From: Antedon mediterranea
Taxonomy: Eukaryota > Animalia > Echinodermata
Direction of reading: 5' to 3'
NCBI RefSeq assembly: GCF_964355755.1
Contig: NC_092673.1
Location: forward strand, 6,138,001-6,202,000
DNA: 64,000 bases
The stretch's first letter is position 1. The number at the start of each line of letters is the position of its first letter. Below, one piece after another: positions 1 to 9,628 of this stretch. The notes beneath the pieces are model-generated. The model had not been told where the DNA came from and ran no database searches. It saw nothing but the letters and a program-made list of their open reading frames with translations. Position numbers and translations under genes: made by a program.

Positions 1-3000
1 AATGGTTCAAGCCATTAACATGGAGCTTTGGTGGGAAACTTGAAGTTTGTACAAATGAATTCATAAAACCAAATTTTGCAAGTAAGGATCTATGTGTATT
101 TCAATTGTCTATATATAGTACAGTATAGTAAAAATTCCAAAGCTCAAACTAAAAAAAAACAACCAAAATTTCAACATTGGGAAATTGTAATTTAAAAGTT
201 ATTTAAAACAATAAATATCTTTAGAGCTTATTATTTCTTGTAGTACAGTACTACAATCTTACTTTTTGTCTCATGCGTAACACTAGCCAATTTAAACCAG
301 TATCTCCCTGTAATGTTACTTGTTTATTTAATAAAGATAGGTAGTAGTCGTGACTTGATTAGTGTTTCATTTATTACATCTCAACCATCTTGGTTCTCCT
401 ACATCAAGTGATGCCATGAGGCATTGCTCACTCAACTGTACACTAACTATAGAGGGCTCACTCTATACTTACAATATCATAGCCTTAACTATATGCTATC
501 ATTACATCTCCCTTTTTTTTTAAATTAAAAAGTTAATTACTGTTCATCTAAATCTACTAACTAACAACACTCTAACAATATCTTTTCCTTTGTTCACAAA
601 ACAAAACTATTACATCTTTCTTCTCTTACATATATCCTAACAATCTTTATTTACAAAACCTCAACAGGCAAAAGCTCTTTCCTAACATACATACAGTACA
701 TTACATATAATGCTGTTTATGTTGTGCTCAGAGGTAGACTATTCTGGCACACAATTTAGGGGTTATTCTGCCCTTAGTTCACAAATCTAGTTTTATCAAT
801 TGTTTTCTGTTGCGTTTAGGGTAGCGACGTGTTTCTTGTGTGGTGTTTGGTTCTATTATATGTGATGTCTGTGAATCCTGCAAACTTGTTACTTTAATGA
901 TATCTCTGCGATTGCGTCTATAATATTTTCCATCGCTTTCAACTGTGTATGATCGTGGACTTTCTTGTCTCTCAACGATTGTTGCTGGTTTCCACTGACA
1001 ATCTTTTCGCACATAAATTCTATCTCCAACTTTAAGTGTCTTTAGCGGTTTTGTTCCTTTGTCGTAATAGTTCTTTTGTTTTGCTTTGTTTTGTTTTAAT
1101 TGTCTCATGTTGTTTGTTACTTTTGGTTTCAGCAGTTTCGTAGACGTTGGTAAATGTGTTTTTGTTCTACGGCCCATTAGCATTTGTACTGGTGATGGTA
1201 ATCCATCTCTAGGTGTATTGCGGTAACTTAATAGCGCTAAATATGGATCTTGTTTATCTTCTCTCGCTTTTTTGAGTATCATTTTTGCGGTTTGAACTGC
1301 TTTTTCGGCTCTTCCATTTGCTTGCGGATAAAATGGGGAGGCTGTTGTATGTTTAAAATCATACACTTTGCCAAAATTTTGAAATTCCATTGACGCAAAT
1401 TGTGGTCCATTATCAGAAATTACTTCTTCTGGTATTCCATGTCTAGCAAATTGTTGCTTGCAAAATTTTATAACTGAGCTAGATTTCGTGCTTTTTAACA
1501 TGTTTATTTCGAAATATCCTGAATAATAGTCTACGATTATTAGGTATTCCTCAGCTTCTAGTGTGAATAGGTCCATGCCCACTTTCTGCCATGGTCTTGA
1601 TGGTATTTGATGGGCTACCATTGGTTCTTTTTGGTTTTTCATTCGGTGTTTTAGGCATATTTCACATTTTCCTACTGTGTCTGTCACTTGGGCATTTATT
1701 CCTGGCCAGAAGATTAAATCTTGTGCAAGTTTCTTTGTTTTTTCAATACCTTGGTGACTAGCATGCAATTTACTCAACATCAGTTTACGTTGTGTCGCTG
1801 GTATGATTAATCTGTTATTTTTGAATAGCATATCTCCTTCTACTAAGATTTCATCTCTATAATCCCAATATGGTTTAACATCTGGTTCTAGGATAGCTTT
1901 GTTCTCTGGCCATCCATTTATTACTACGTCCTTTAATTTACTTAAAGCTGTATCCTTTACTGTTTCATTCTTTATTTCTACTAGTCTTTCTTTTGTCATT
2001 TGTAGGTTGTTAATCATGTAAAGCGGAATGCTAAACTGTTCTGTTTCTATATCTGGTAGATGATTTCTACTCAATGCATCTGCTATATACAACTCTTTGC
2101 CTCTCTTATAAACTAGTTCCAGCTTGTATTTCTGTAGCTTTAATAACATTTTCTGTAGTCTTGGTGGTGTTAGTGCTAGTGCTTTTTTCATTATCGATTC
2201 TAAGGGTTTATGGTCGCTTTCTACGATAAATTCTTTGCCATACAAATATTGATGGAAACGCTCACATCCAAAAACTACAGCTGCTAATTCTTTCTCTATC
2301 TGTGCATATCTTGTTTGAGGCTCTGTAAACGCTTTTGATGCAAACGCTATCGGATGTCCATCTTGCAATAATACTGCGCCTATACCTGTGCTTGATGCGT
2401 CAACACTTACTGTCACCGGTTTCTCTACATCATAATATTGTAAAACTGGCGCCTCTGTTACTAAGCGCTGCAACTGTCCAAAACTAATATCATGTTCTGC
2501 TTGCCATTGCCACATAGTATTTTTCTCTAACAGTTGTCTTAATGGTTTGGTTACATTACTTAAATTTGGTATAAATTTACCAAGATAATTTATCATTCCA
2601 AGAAACTGTTGTAACTCTTTCTTATTATTAGGTTTGTGCATTTCTTGTACTGCTTTAACTTTTCTCTCATCTGTTTTTAAACCTTCAGATGTTAATGTGT
2701 GACCAATGTATTTTACTTCATCTAATCCAAATTTACATTTTTCTGGGTTTAATTTTAAATTTCTTTCTTTTGCTCGATTGAGAACTTTCTCAAGTCGTTC
2801 GTCATGTTGTTTCTTATCTATACCCCATACTAAAATATCATCCATTATGACTTCTGTACCTTCCAAATCTTCAAACATTTGGGTCATTACTCTTTGAAAA
2901 ATCTCAGGGGCTGACTTAATACCAAAAGGTAATCTAGTGTATCTATACCTTCCATTAGGACTATTAAACGTACACAACCTTGAACTATCCTCATCTAACT

Positions 3001-6000
3001 GTATTTGCCAATACCCACTACTGGCATCTAAAGTGCTGAACACTTTTGCATTAGGTAGCTTAGTTATTACTTCTTCTATCGTTTTCATTGGGTAATGCTG
3101 TCTTTCAAGAGCGTCGTTCAAATTTTTTGGATCTATACATATACGTACACTATCTTTATTTTTTTTTTTAACTACTACCATACTGCTCACCCATTGGGTA
3201 GGGTCATTTTGTTTCACTATTACCCCTTTACTTTCCATATTATTCAACTCCTTTAATACTTTCTTTCTTATTGGAATAGGTACTGATCTTGGCGGATGAA
3301 TTACCGGTTTTGCATCTTCTTTTACATGCAACTTTTGTACACCACCAATACAACCTAAACCTTTAAATACATCGTATTTAGATTTCAAATCATTGTAGTC
3401 ACTATTAGTTTCTATTCTTTCTACTCTCTTCACCAAGTTTAGTCTTTCACAAGCCTGCAGTCCCAATACAGGATGAACTGCTTTATTCATGACTTGGAAC
3501 TCTAATTCATAGTATTTATGTTTGTTTTCACAGAGTAGTGTTACTTTACCAACTGGTCTTATCTTTTCACCAGAATATGTTATAAGCCTTGCATTTGTTT
3601 TATTTACTGGAATCTTTAATTCTTGTACTATACTTTCTGTTATCACATTACACTGAGCTCCAGTATCAATTTTCAACTTTACTACCTTATGTTTGCTATC
3701 ACTGTTATAGATCTTTAAATTTACAGACCATTCTTTGGTGTTATCTTTATTTTCTAATGTATCCATTAGGAACTCTTTATCACTATTTGTACTATCACTA
3801 TCTATTTCTTCTAGTACTTCTATTTTTTTTTTCTTAGGCCTATATGGCTTTCTTTTATCTTTACTCCTACATTTTATAGCAAAATGATTATTTCTTCCAC
3901 ATGCTTTACATTGTTTGCCATATGCTGGACAATTCTTATACTCATGAGTTTTACCACATTGCCTACAATCCCTTATAACACCAGTTTTATTGTATGAACT
4001 ACTAGCAGCACTACTACTAGCTTTTTTGTACTTATATTCTGTTTTAAGCTTATTTATTTCACTCTCTTCTATCACTTCACTGTTGCCCGTTTTTGATGCA
4101 TCTTTCATTACACATCTTTGTTTGCGGCTAATCTCTGCAGCTTGGCATATTTCTACTGCTTTCTGTAGCGTTAAATCATTTTCACGAAGTAACCTCTCTC
4201 TTACAGTATCACTTCGAATTCCTACTACTATTCTGTCCTTTATTAAGCTATCATGTAAATTATCAAATTCACACGTTCTTGCTTTACTTCTTAAATCAGT
4301 TATGAATTGATCAAACCCTTCACCTTCCTTTTGTATTCTTGTATTAAACTTATGCCTTTCATACGTTATGTTCCTTTGGGGCTCAAAATGTGCTTTAAAT
4401 TTCTGAAGAATTACCTCTACATCTTCAGCATCTTCGTCAGCTGTAAATACAAATGTGTTGAATATGTCTAGCGCCTCCTCGCCTATTACATGCAATAGTG
4501 TACTACACTTTACCTTTGCTGGCTTCCTATCTAGGCCACTAGCTGTAATGTACAACCCAAAACGTTGACTCCATTTTCTCCATTCTTCTGCCATATTATT
4601 ACTGACACTTACTTTCAAAGATTCTGGAGGTTTTAATCCATTCATTCTGACACCATGTAATGTTACTTGTTTATTTAATAAAGATAGGTAGTAGTCGTGA
4701 CTTGATTAGTGTTTCATTTATTACATCTCAACCATCTTGGTTCTCCTACATCAAGTGATGCCATGAGGCATTGCTCACTCAACTGTACACTAACTATAGA
4801 GGGCTCACTCTATACTTACAATATCATAGCCTTAACTATATGCTATCATTACACTCCCCATCAATAATATGCCATACTATTACTTACATCATTAATAATA
4901 ATAAGTAAAACTTATTGTCACTGGACAATGATTTAGATTTGGACTTGCATCGGCAGCAACATCAAAGAGCAATTTCTATTATCCACACACCTATGCTAAA
5001 GCACTGCTGCCAATCAAACAAACATGATTTGAATATTATGCCATTAATCTCCCTAGTTTATAATAGATTGTGATGTGATATAATATGATTGTAACAAAAT
5101 ATTTTTGTTCAGAATTGAAAACAGATTTACAGCGACGTGTGTATGGCCAACACCTAATAAGTGATGTAGTAGTGAAGGCAATCCAAGCTCACGTTGAAAG
5201 CGCTTTTGTAAAGAAGGCCCTCGTTCTGTCCTTCCATGGTCGCACTGGAAGTGGTAAAAACTTTGTCAGTCAAATAATAAGCGAAAGTTTATTTACTAAA
5301 GGAATGGATAGCAAATTTGTACACTTGTTTTTACCAGAATTTGATTTCCCACACAAAAGACACATTGAAACTTACAAGGTGATGTTCTTTCCATTTAAAT
5401 CTATTAAAATTCTGAATTGCTTATAAGTTTTAGTGTTAATAATTTAAGTATACTATTTAAACTACCAAAATAAATTTCTGAAGTTTCTGAATTCATTGTT
5501 ATTTTTACTATATTTTTTTAGGATCTGTTACGACACCGCATTCGAAATTACCTTTTCTTCTGCCCAAGTCAACTTTTTATTTTTGATGAAATGCAGAGTC
5601 TTTTACCAGAAATAATTGATACTATCAAACCATTTATAGATTATCATAATATTGATGGTATCGATACTAGAAGAGCTATATTCATTTTTCTAAGGTATTT
5701 TAATTCATTTATTTATAATATTATAGCTGTAGTTGAGTTCAATGCTCTCAATGCTAGTTCTGGTGAATGACCACTCTTATGATCGAGAACTAGAGGTCCA
5801 GTATACCCATCTGGCTTATGTGCACTCAATGAACCCAGTGTATCTTTAGAAAAGAGTATAACAATACGAACAATATAATGAACAATACCATGAAAGCCCC
5901 AGTGGTCTAATATTTAGGACATCTGCATATCAAGCAGGCGGTCCGAGTTCGAGTCTCGGTTGGGGGGACTTTTTCTCATTCTCACAGATTTCCTTATCTT

Positions 6001-7812
6001 TATCGTTTCAAATTAATTAATTAAATTTCAGTATATTACCGGGCGGTTTAGAATTAATGTTCTTTGCCTTATTTGTTTATATATATAAAAGTATCTCTTC
6101 GGAGATCCCGCCTCGTGAATAAAAATACTGTAAGATGAGGGCGTATCAATTTGATCTCTGGTGCGCGTGCGTACAACTGAGGACTAGTTCTGTTCCGCCG
6201 TACCACGCCGAGAATGTTAAAGAGTGGCTATCCAATCGAGTTCAAACAATACCATGAAAGCCCCAGTGGTCTAATGGTTAGGACATCTGCATATCAAGCA
6301 GGCGGTCCGAGTTCGAGTCTCGGTTGGGGCGACTTTTTCTCATTCTCACAGATTTCCTTATCTTTATCGTTTCAAATTAATTAATTAAATTTCAGTATAT
6401 TACCGGGCGGTTTAGAATTAATATTCTTTGGCTGATTTGTTTATATATATAAAAGTATCTCTTCGGAGATCCCGCCTCGTGAATAAAAATACTGTAAGAT
6501 GAGGGCGTATCAATTTGATCTCTGGTGCGCGTGCGTACAACTGAGGACTAGTTCTGTTCCGCCGTACCACGCCGAGAATGTTAAAGAGTGGCTATCCAAT
6601 CGAGTTCGAACAATACCATGAAAGCCCCAGTGGTCTAATGGTTAGGACATCTGCATATCAAGCAGGCGGTCCGAGTTCGAGTCTCGGTTGGGGCGACTTT
6701 TTCTCATTCTCACAGATTTCCTTATCTTTATCGTTTCAAATTAATTAATTAAATTTCAGTATATTACCGGGCGGTTTAGAATTAATATTCTTTGGCTGAT
6801 TTGTTTATATATATAAAAGTATCTCTTCGGAGATCCCGCCTCGTGAATAAAAATACTGTAAGATGAGGGCGTATCAATTTGATCTCTGGTGCGCGTGCGT
6901 ACAACTGAGGACTAGTTCTGTTCCGCCGTACCACGCCGAGAATGTTAAAGAGTGGCTATCCAATCGAGTTCGAACAATACCATGAAAGCCCCAGTGGTCT
7001 AATGGTTAGGACATCTGCATATCAAGCAGGCCGAGTTCGAGTCTCGGTTGGGGCGACTTTTTCTCATTCTCACAGATTTCCTCATCTTTATCGTTTCAAA
7101 TTAATTAATTAAATTTCATTATATTACCGGGCGGTTTAGAATTAATGTTCTTTGCCTGATTTGTTTAGAAAAGAGTATAGTTGCACAGATGCTCTGGTTT
7201 ATCCCAGCCCTGTCATTTGGCAAGTAAGCTTTAAAAAAATAGCACCTACAACATTACACCAGCATTTGGTCAGTGAGTAGGTTTAGACTAAAGTCCCTTT
7301 TAAATGACACAATGGTGAAATAGAGGAGGAATATATTTAATAGGGGAAAAAAGGTTTCATTGCAAATCACTCAAAACAATTTTATTTGTGATTCTATTTT
7401 TTAATTTCTAATTTTGTTTTTAATTTTTAAAACCAGTTCAACCTCAGGTCAAGAAATTGCAAATGTAGCAATAAAAGCTGTTAAAGATGGACGCAAACGT
7501 GAATCTGTGACCTTAAATGAGTATGAAGATGTCATTGAAAAAGCCTCTTATCGTAAAAAGGACACAGGTCTGTGGCACAGCAAACTGATAGATCATCATC
7601 TGATAAGTCATTTCGTACCTTTTTTACCCCTGGAGAGGGAGCATGTACGCAAGTGTATACAACAAGAAATGCGGGAACAGGGTTGGCCTCAATGTACAAA
7701 GACAGAGAATGAGGTGTTGAACTATTTGACTTTTGGGCCAGAAGATTTTCCAATTTATGCTGCTAAGGGTTGCAAGAATATTAATGAGAAACTGAACCTT
7801 GTTCGGTATTGA
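1..7812 (+). CDS. Torsin-family AAA+ ATPase, paralog A (5'-partial); coding exons <1-81, 5113-5378, 5522-5694, 7437-7812
   Basis: GT-AG exons join in frame. Torsin motifs VYGQHL, Walker A GRTGSGKN, Walker B FIFDEM, FVPFLPLE and sensor-II KGCK are present. Exon structure is colinear with the paralog at 12802-15746. Confidence 0.92.
309..506 (-). repeat. 3' LTR (198 bp)
   Basis: Direct repeat identical to 4656-4853; preceded on the minus strand by polypurine tract AAAAAAAAGGGAGA (about 507-521). Confidence 0.96.
779..4645 (-). CDS. Gag-Pol polyprotein (1288 aa): gag with two CCHC knuckles, protease, RT, RNase H, integrase
   Basis: CRQCGKTH...C and CKACGRNNH...C knuckles; KIDTGA protease; LDASSGYWQ, LPFG and IMDD RT motifs; DAS/EKE/DHKPL RNase H; HHCC + DDE integrase (SDNGPQF, NGRAE). 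Domain order RT-RH-IN indicates Gypsy. Confidence 0.97.
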   Translation of the reverse strand: MNGLKPPESLKVSVSNNMAEEWRKWSQRFGLYITASGLDRKPAKVKCSTLLHVIGEEALDIFNTFVFTADEDAEDVEVILQKFKAHFEPQRNITYERHKFNTRIQKEGEGFDQFITDLRSKARTCEFDNLHDSLIKDRIVVGIRSDTVRERLLRENDLTLQKAVEICQAAEISRKQRCVMKDASKTGNSEVIEESEINKLKTEYKYKKASSSAASSSYNKTGVIRDCRQCGKTHEYKNCPAYGKQCKACGRNNHFAIKCRSKDKRKPYRPKKKKIEVLEEIDSDSTNSDKEFLMDTLENKDNTKEWSVNLKIYNSDSKHKVVKLKIDTGAQCNVITESIVQELKIPVNKTNARLITYSGEKIRPVGKVTLLCENKHKYYELEFQVMNKAVHPVLGLQACERLNLVKRVERIETNSDYNDLKSKYDVFKGLGCIGGVQKLHVKEDAKPVIHPPRSVPIPIRKKVLKELNNMESKGVIVKQNDPTQWVSSMVVVKKKNKDSVRICIDPKNLNDALERQHYPMKTIEEVITKLPNAKVFSTLDASSGYWQIQLDEDSSRLCTFNSPNGRYRYTRLPFGIKSAPEIFQRVMTQMFEDLEGTEVIMDDILVWGIDKKQHDERLEKVLNRAKERNLKLNPEKCKFGLDEVKYIGHTLTSEGLKTDERKVKAVQEMHKPNNKKELQQFLGMINYLGKFIPNLSNVTKPLRQLLEKNTMWQWQAEHDISFGQLQRLVTEAPVLQYYDVEKPVTVSVDASSTGIGAVLLQDGHPIAFASKAFTEPQTRYAQIEKELAAVVFGCERFHQYLYGKEFIVESDHKPLESIMKKALALTPPRLQKMLLKLQKYKLELVYKRGKELYIADALSRNHLPDIETEQFSIPLYMINNLQMTKERLVEIKNETVKDTALSKLKDVVINGWPENKAILEPDVKPYWDYRDEILVEGDMLFKNNRLIIPATQRKLMLSKLHASHQGIEKTKKLAQDLIFWPGINAQVTDTVGKCEICLKHRMKNQKEPMVAHQIPSRPWQKVGMDLFTLEAEEYLIIVDYYSGYFEINMLKSTKSSSVIKFCKQQFARHGIPEEVISDNGPQFASMEFQNFGKVYDFKHTTASPFYPQANGRAEKAVQTAKMILKKAREDKQDPYLALLSYRNTPRDGLPSPVQMLMGRRTKTHLPTSTKLLKPKVTNNMRQLKQNKAKQKNYYDKGTKPLKTLKVGDRIYVRKDCQWKPATIVERQESPRSYTVESDGKYYRRNRRDIIKVTSLQDSQTSHIIEPNTTQETRRYPKRNRKQLIKLDL
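4645..4655 (-). promoter_or_regulatory. Primer-binding site TGGTGTCAGAA (tRNA-Leu type)
   Basis: Immediately inside the 5' LTR; complementary to ...TTCTGACACCA, the 3' end of eukaryotic tRNA-Leu(CAA). Confidence 0.8.
4656..4853 (-). repeat. 5' LTR (198 bp)
   Basis: Direct repeat identical to 309-506. Confidence 0.96.
5896..5967 (+). pseudogene. tRNA-like copy 1 (degenerate: D-loop GG lost, C72>G)
   Basis: Same 72-nt sequence as 6260-6331 with point changes. Confidence 0.7.
6260..6331 (+). tRNA. tRNA-Asp-like cloverleaf, anticodon ATC (repeat-borne; function unknown)
   Basis: Acceptor GCCCCAG/TTGGGGC, D arm GTCT/GGAC, anticodon arm TCTGC-ATATCAA-GCAGG, 4-nt variable loop, T arm CCGAG-TTCGAGT-CTCGG, discriminator G, T5 run at 6334-6338. 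Confidence 0.7.
6624..6695 (+). tRNA. tRNA-Asp-like cloverleaf, anticodon ATC (identical copy)
   Basis: Identical to 6260-6331. Confidence 0.7.
6988..7055 (+). pseudogene. tRNA-like copy 4 (variable loop CGGT deleted)
   Basis: Same sequence with a 4-nt deletion. Confidence 0.7.
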
Positions 7813-7919
7813 AAAACACATTTTGAATTATCATAACAGTGCAGAATAAAATTTAATAGAGTATAGCTTTCCAAACAAAAATTTGTTCTGGAAAGATAAT
7901 TATTATTCTTTAGGTATAT

Positions 7920-8978
7920 GTAATCGATCGCGTGTGTTTGTTACTTGGCATGTTGATCGGTGCAGTTTGTGTGTAGGTGTGTGTGTGTTTGTTTGTTTGT
8001 CATCACTCTAGCGCTAACAATTTTGATTCGAATAACTCCCAATTTTGGTGAAATCTGGACCACGGTCCCAATTCTGGACCACTTTTTAGAATTTTTTTCA
8101 GACCTGCTAGTGTTAAGAGATAGGACAAAATTTTCACAAGCTGCTGAGCAGTCTTAAAGTAACATGTAAACTAAAATTGCATTTTCTCGAGAACTACTTG
8201 TCCAAAAAACTTCATTTTTGTTCAAGAGGCAAGAATTATAATTTGTGGTTTGTAATTTTAAAACATAATTAGATTTAATGTACACGTTTTTTTAATGCGA
8301 TTAAACCCTATTTCTTTTCAAATTCACTCGTTTGATTTTCGCGTTGCTGTTCTATTGTTAGTCAGCTGAAGCTATTGTTAGTTGAAAGGCTGGTACTTAC
8401 ATAACCATCACACCAAACTCGCATAATAACAATAATAATAATAATAATAATAACACTAATAATAATAATAATAATATTTATTCGGCACAAGTTCATAAAA
8501 GTACATTTTACAATTCATCTTGCCAGGAGCAAGTAATAGGCATGAGCCCAAACAGAAAACTGCTCTTACTCCATCATTACTTATAAAATACAAAAATAAC
8601 AAAACTAAGTAGCACAAATTAAGTCAAAACAAAACAAAACAAAGTTATAATGAGATACACCAATTAAAAATAAAGCTGCATTGAATAAACAATATAAACA
8701 ATTACAACTTAATATTTTGAGATCAAATGTCTGGTGAGTTGGGCTTTAAAGTCTGAAATTGTAGCAATTTCATTGGGAAGTTGCTCCCATAATCTAGGGA
8801 AAATAACAAACGATGAATTTAAAAATGTATTGGTCTTAGCCTTCACATGCTTGTAGTGAAATTAAGTCTAAGTCATACACAGCATTAAGACACACACAAT
8901 TTTTCTGGAGACTAAATCTTATGTAAAATGATTTTACAGTAGGCGGAGGTATGCACTCTCGTAGTGGCTTTCTAGTTT
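7920..8978 (+). mobile_element. Probable Helentron-associated (HINE-like) non-autonomous element, interrupted by a LINE tail
   Basis: GT/GTTT microsatellite near the 5' end; 3' end AGGCGGAGGT..GCACTCTC..AGTG..TTCTAGTT, shared with 52750-52785. Confidence 0.45.
8420..8860 (-). mobile_element. LINE 3'-end fragment (L2/CR1-like) with (ATT)n tail
   Basis: AATAAA plus (TAT)n tail on the minus strand; degenerate ...PRLWEQLP...FKAQL... C-terminal motif. Confidence 0.5.
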
Positions 8979-9628
8979 ATTATAGTTATGAAAATGATTA
9001 ATACAATTTCTTAGTCAGCTCACATTTTTCTGTAGTGTTTCTTTTACTGTCGTGAGGTAATTTCCCGATTGATCGTAATCAAAACGGTACTGGGTATGGT
9101 CTACTAGTTTTTCTGCTCCCAACCAGTATCCATTCATATAGAAGCTTTGATGTTTGTTTTACTGTAGGAATAGAATTTAAATAGACACATGTAGGTTCAT
9201 TCATGTTAAAGAGCTTTTTTTATTTTCTATTGCATTTTACTTATAATGAATATTTTCAATTTTATTAATTTGGATTGAAGATAACACAGTATCTAGAAAT
9301 TAATTAACGCTTACGAAATTAAAGCTTATAATAACATATACAAACAATTTTTTCTGTATTATTTATTTGGATTTACACCTTTTCGATCGGTAGCACACTT
9401 ACAGTACAGTGCATCCTTTAAAATAAAATATATAACATAAAGTATAATAGAAATTTACATGCAGAAAAGTGTAAAGGCAAAGAACGAAATCAAATGAAAA
9501 CATAACATACTAAACAACTATCAATCCCTAACACCCAAAGACAAAAGAAAACAAATATACTAAAAGTGTACAGTACTAAATAAATCAACAGTTAACAAAA
9601 CACCCCAACCTCTTTTCAATTTACTTAA

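Larger units (their letters stand above)
309..4853 (-). mobile_element. Full-length Ty3/Gypsy (Mag/K02A2.6-like) LTR retrotransposon in torsin A intron
   Basis: Identical 198-bp LTRs (309-506, 4656-4853; TGTAATG...CATTACA), 5-bp TSD CTCCC (304-308, 4854-4858), PBS and PPT, single gag-pol ORF. Confidence 0.97.
5861..7166 (+). mobile_element. Concatemeric 364-bp tRNA-containing element (about 3.5 units) flanked by TSD
   Basis: Period 364 bp (phase points 5881, 6245, 6609, 6973). Direct repeat TTTAGAAAAGAGTATA at 5845-5860 and 7164-7179 brackets the whole array. Confidence 0.88.
5725..7235 (+). mobile_element. Old Deu/Nin-domain-like SINE interrupted by the concatemer
   Basis: 5790-5860 (AGGTCCAGT...GCACTCAATGAACCCAGT...GAAAAGAGTA) aligns with SINE copies at 24780-25135 and 55777-56070. 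Confidence 0.6.

Noticed and set aside
2706-4310. Plus-strand ORFs inside the retrotransposon
   Set aside because: Antisense shadows of gag-pol.
6541-6625. CTGAGGA in the 364-bp unit as a hammerhead core (retrozyme)
   Set aside because: No stem II closing onto a GAAA and no stem I/III could be built by eye. HDV and twister patterns also failed on both strands.
5881-7166. CRISPR-like array or ordinary tRNA gene cluster
   Set aside because: Whole units repeat with no unique spacers, the context is eukaryotic, and the array has a TSD and interrupts a SINE.
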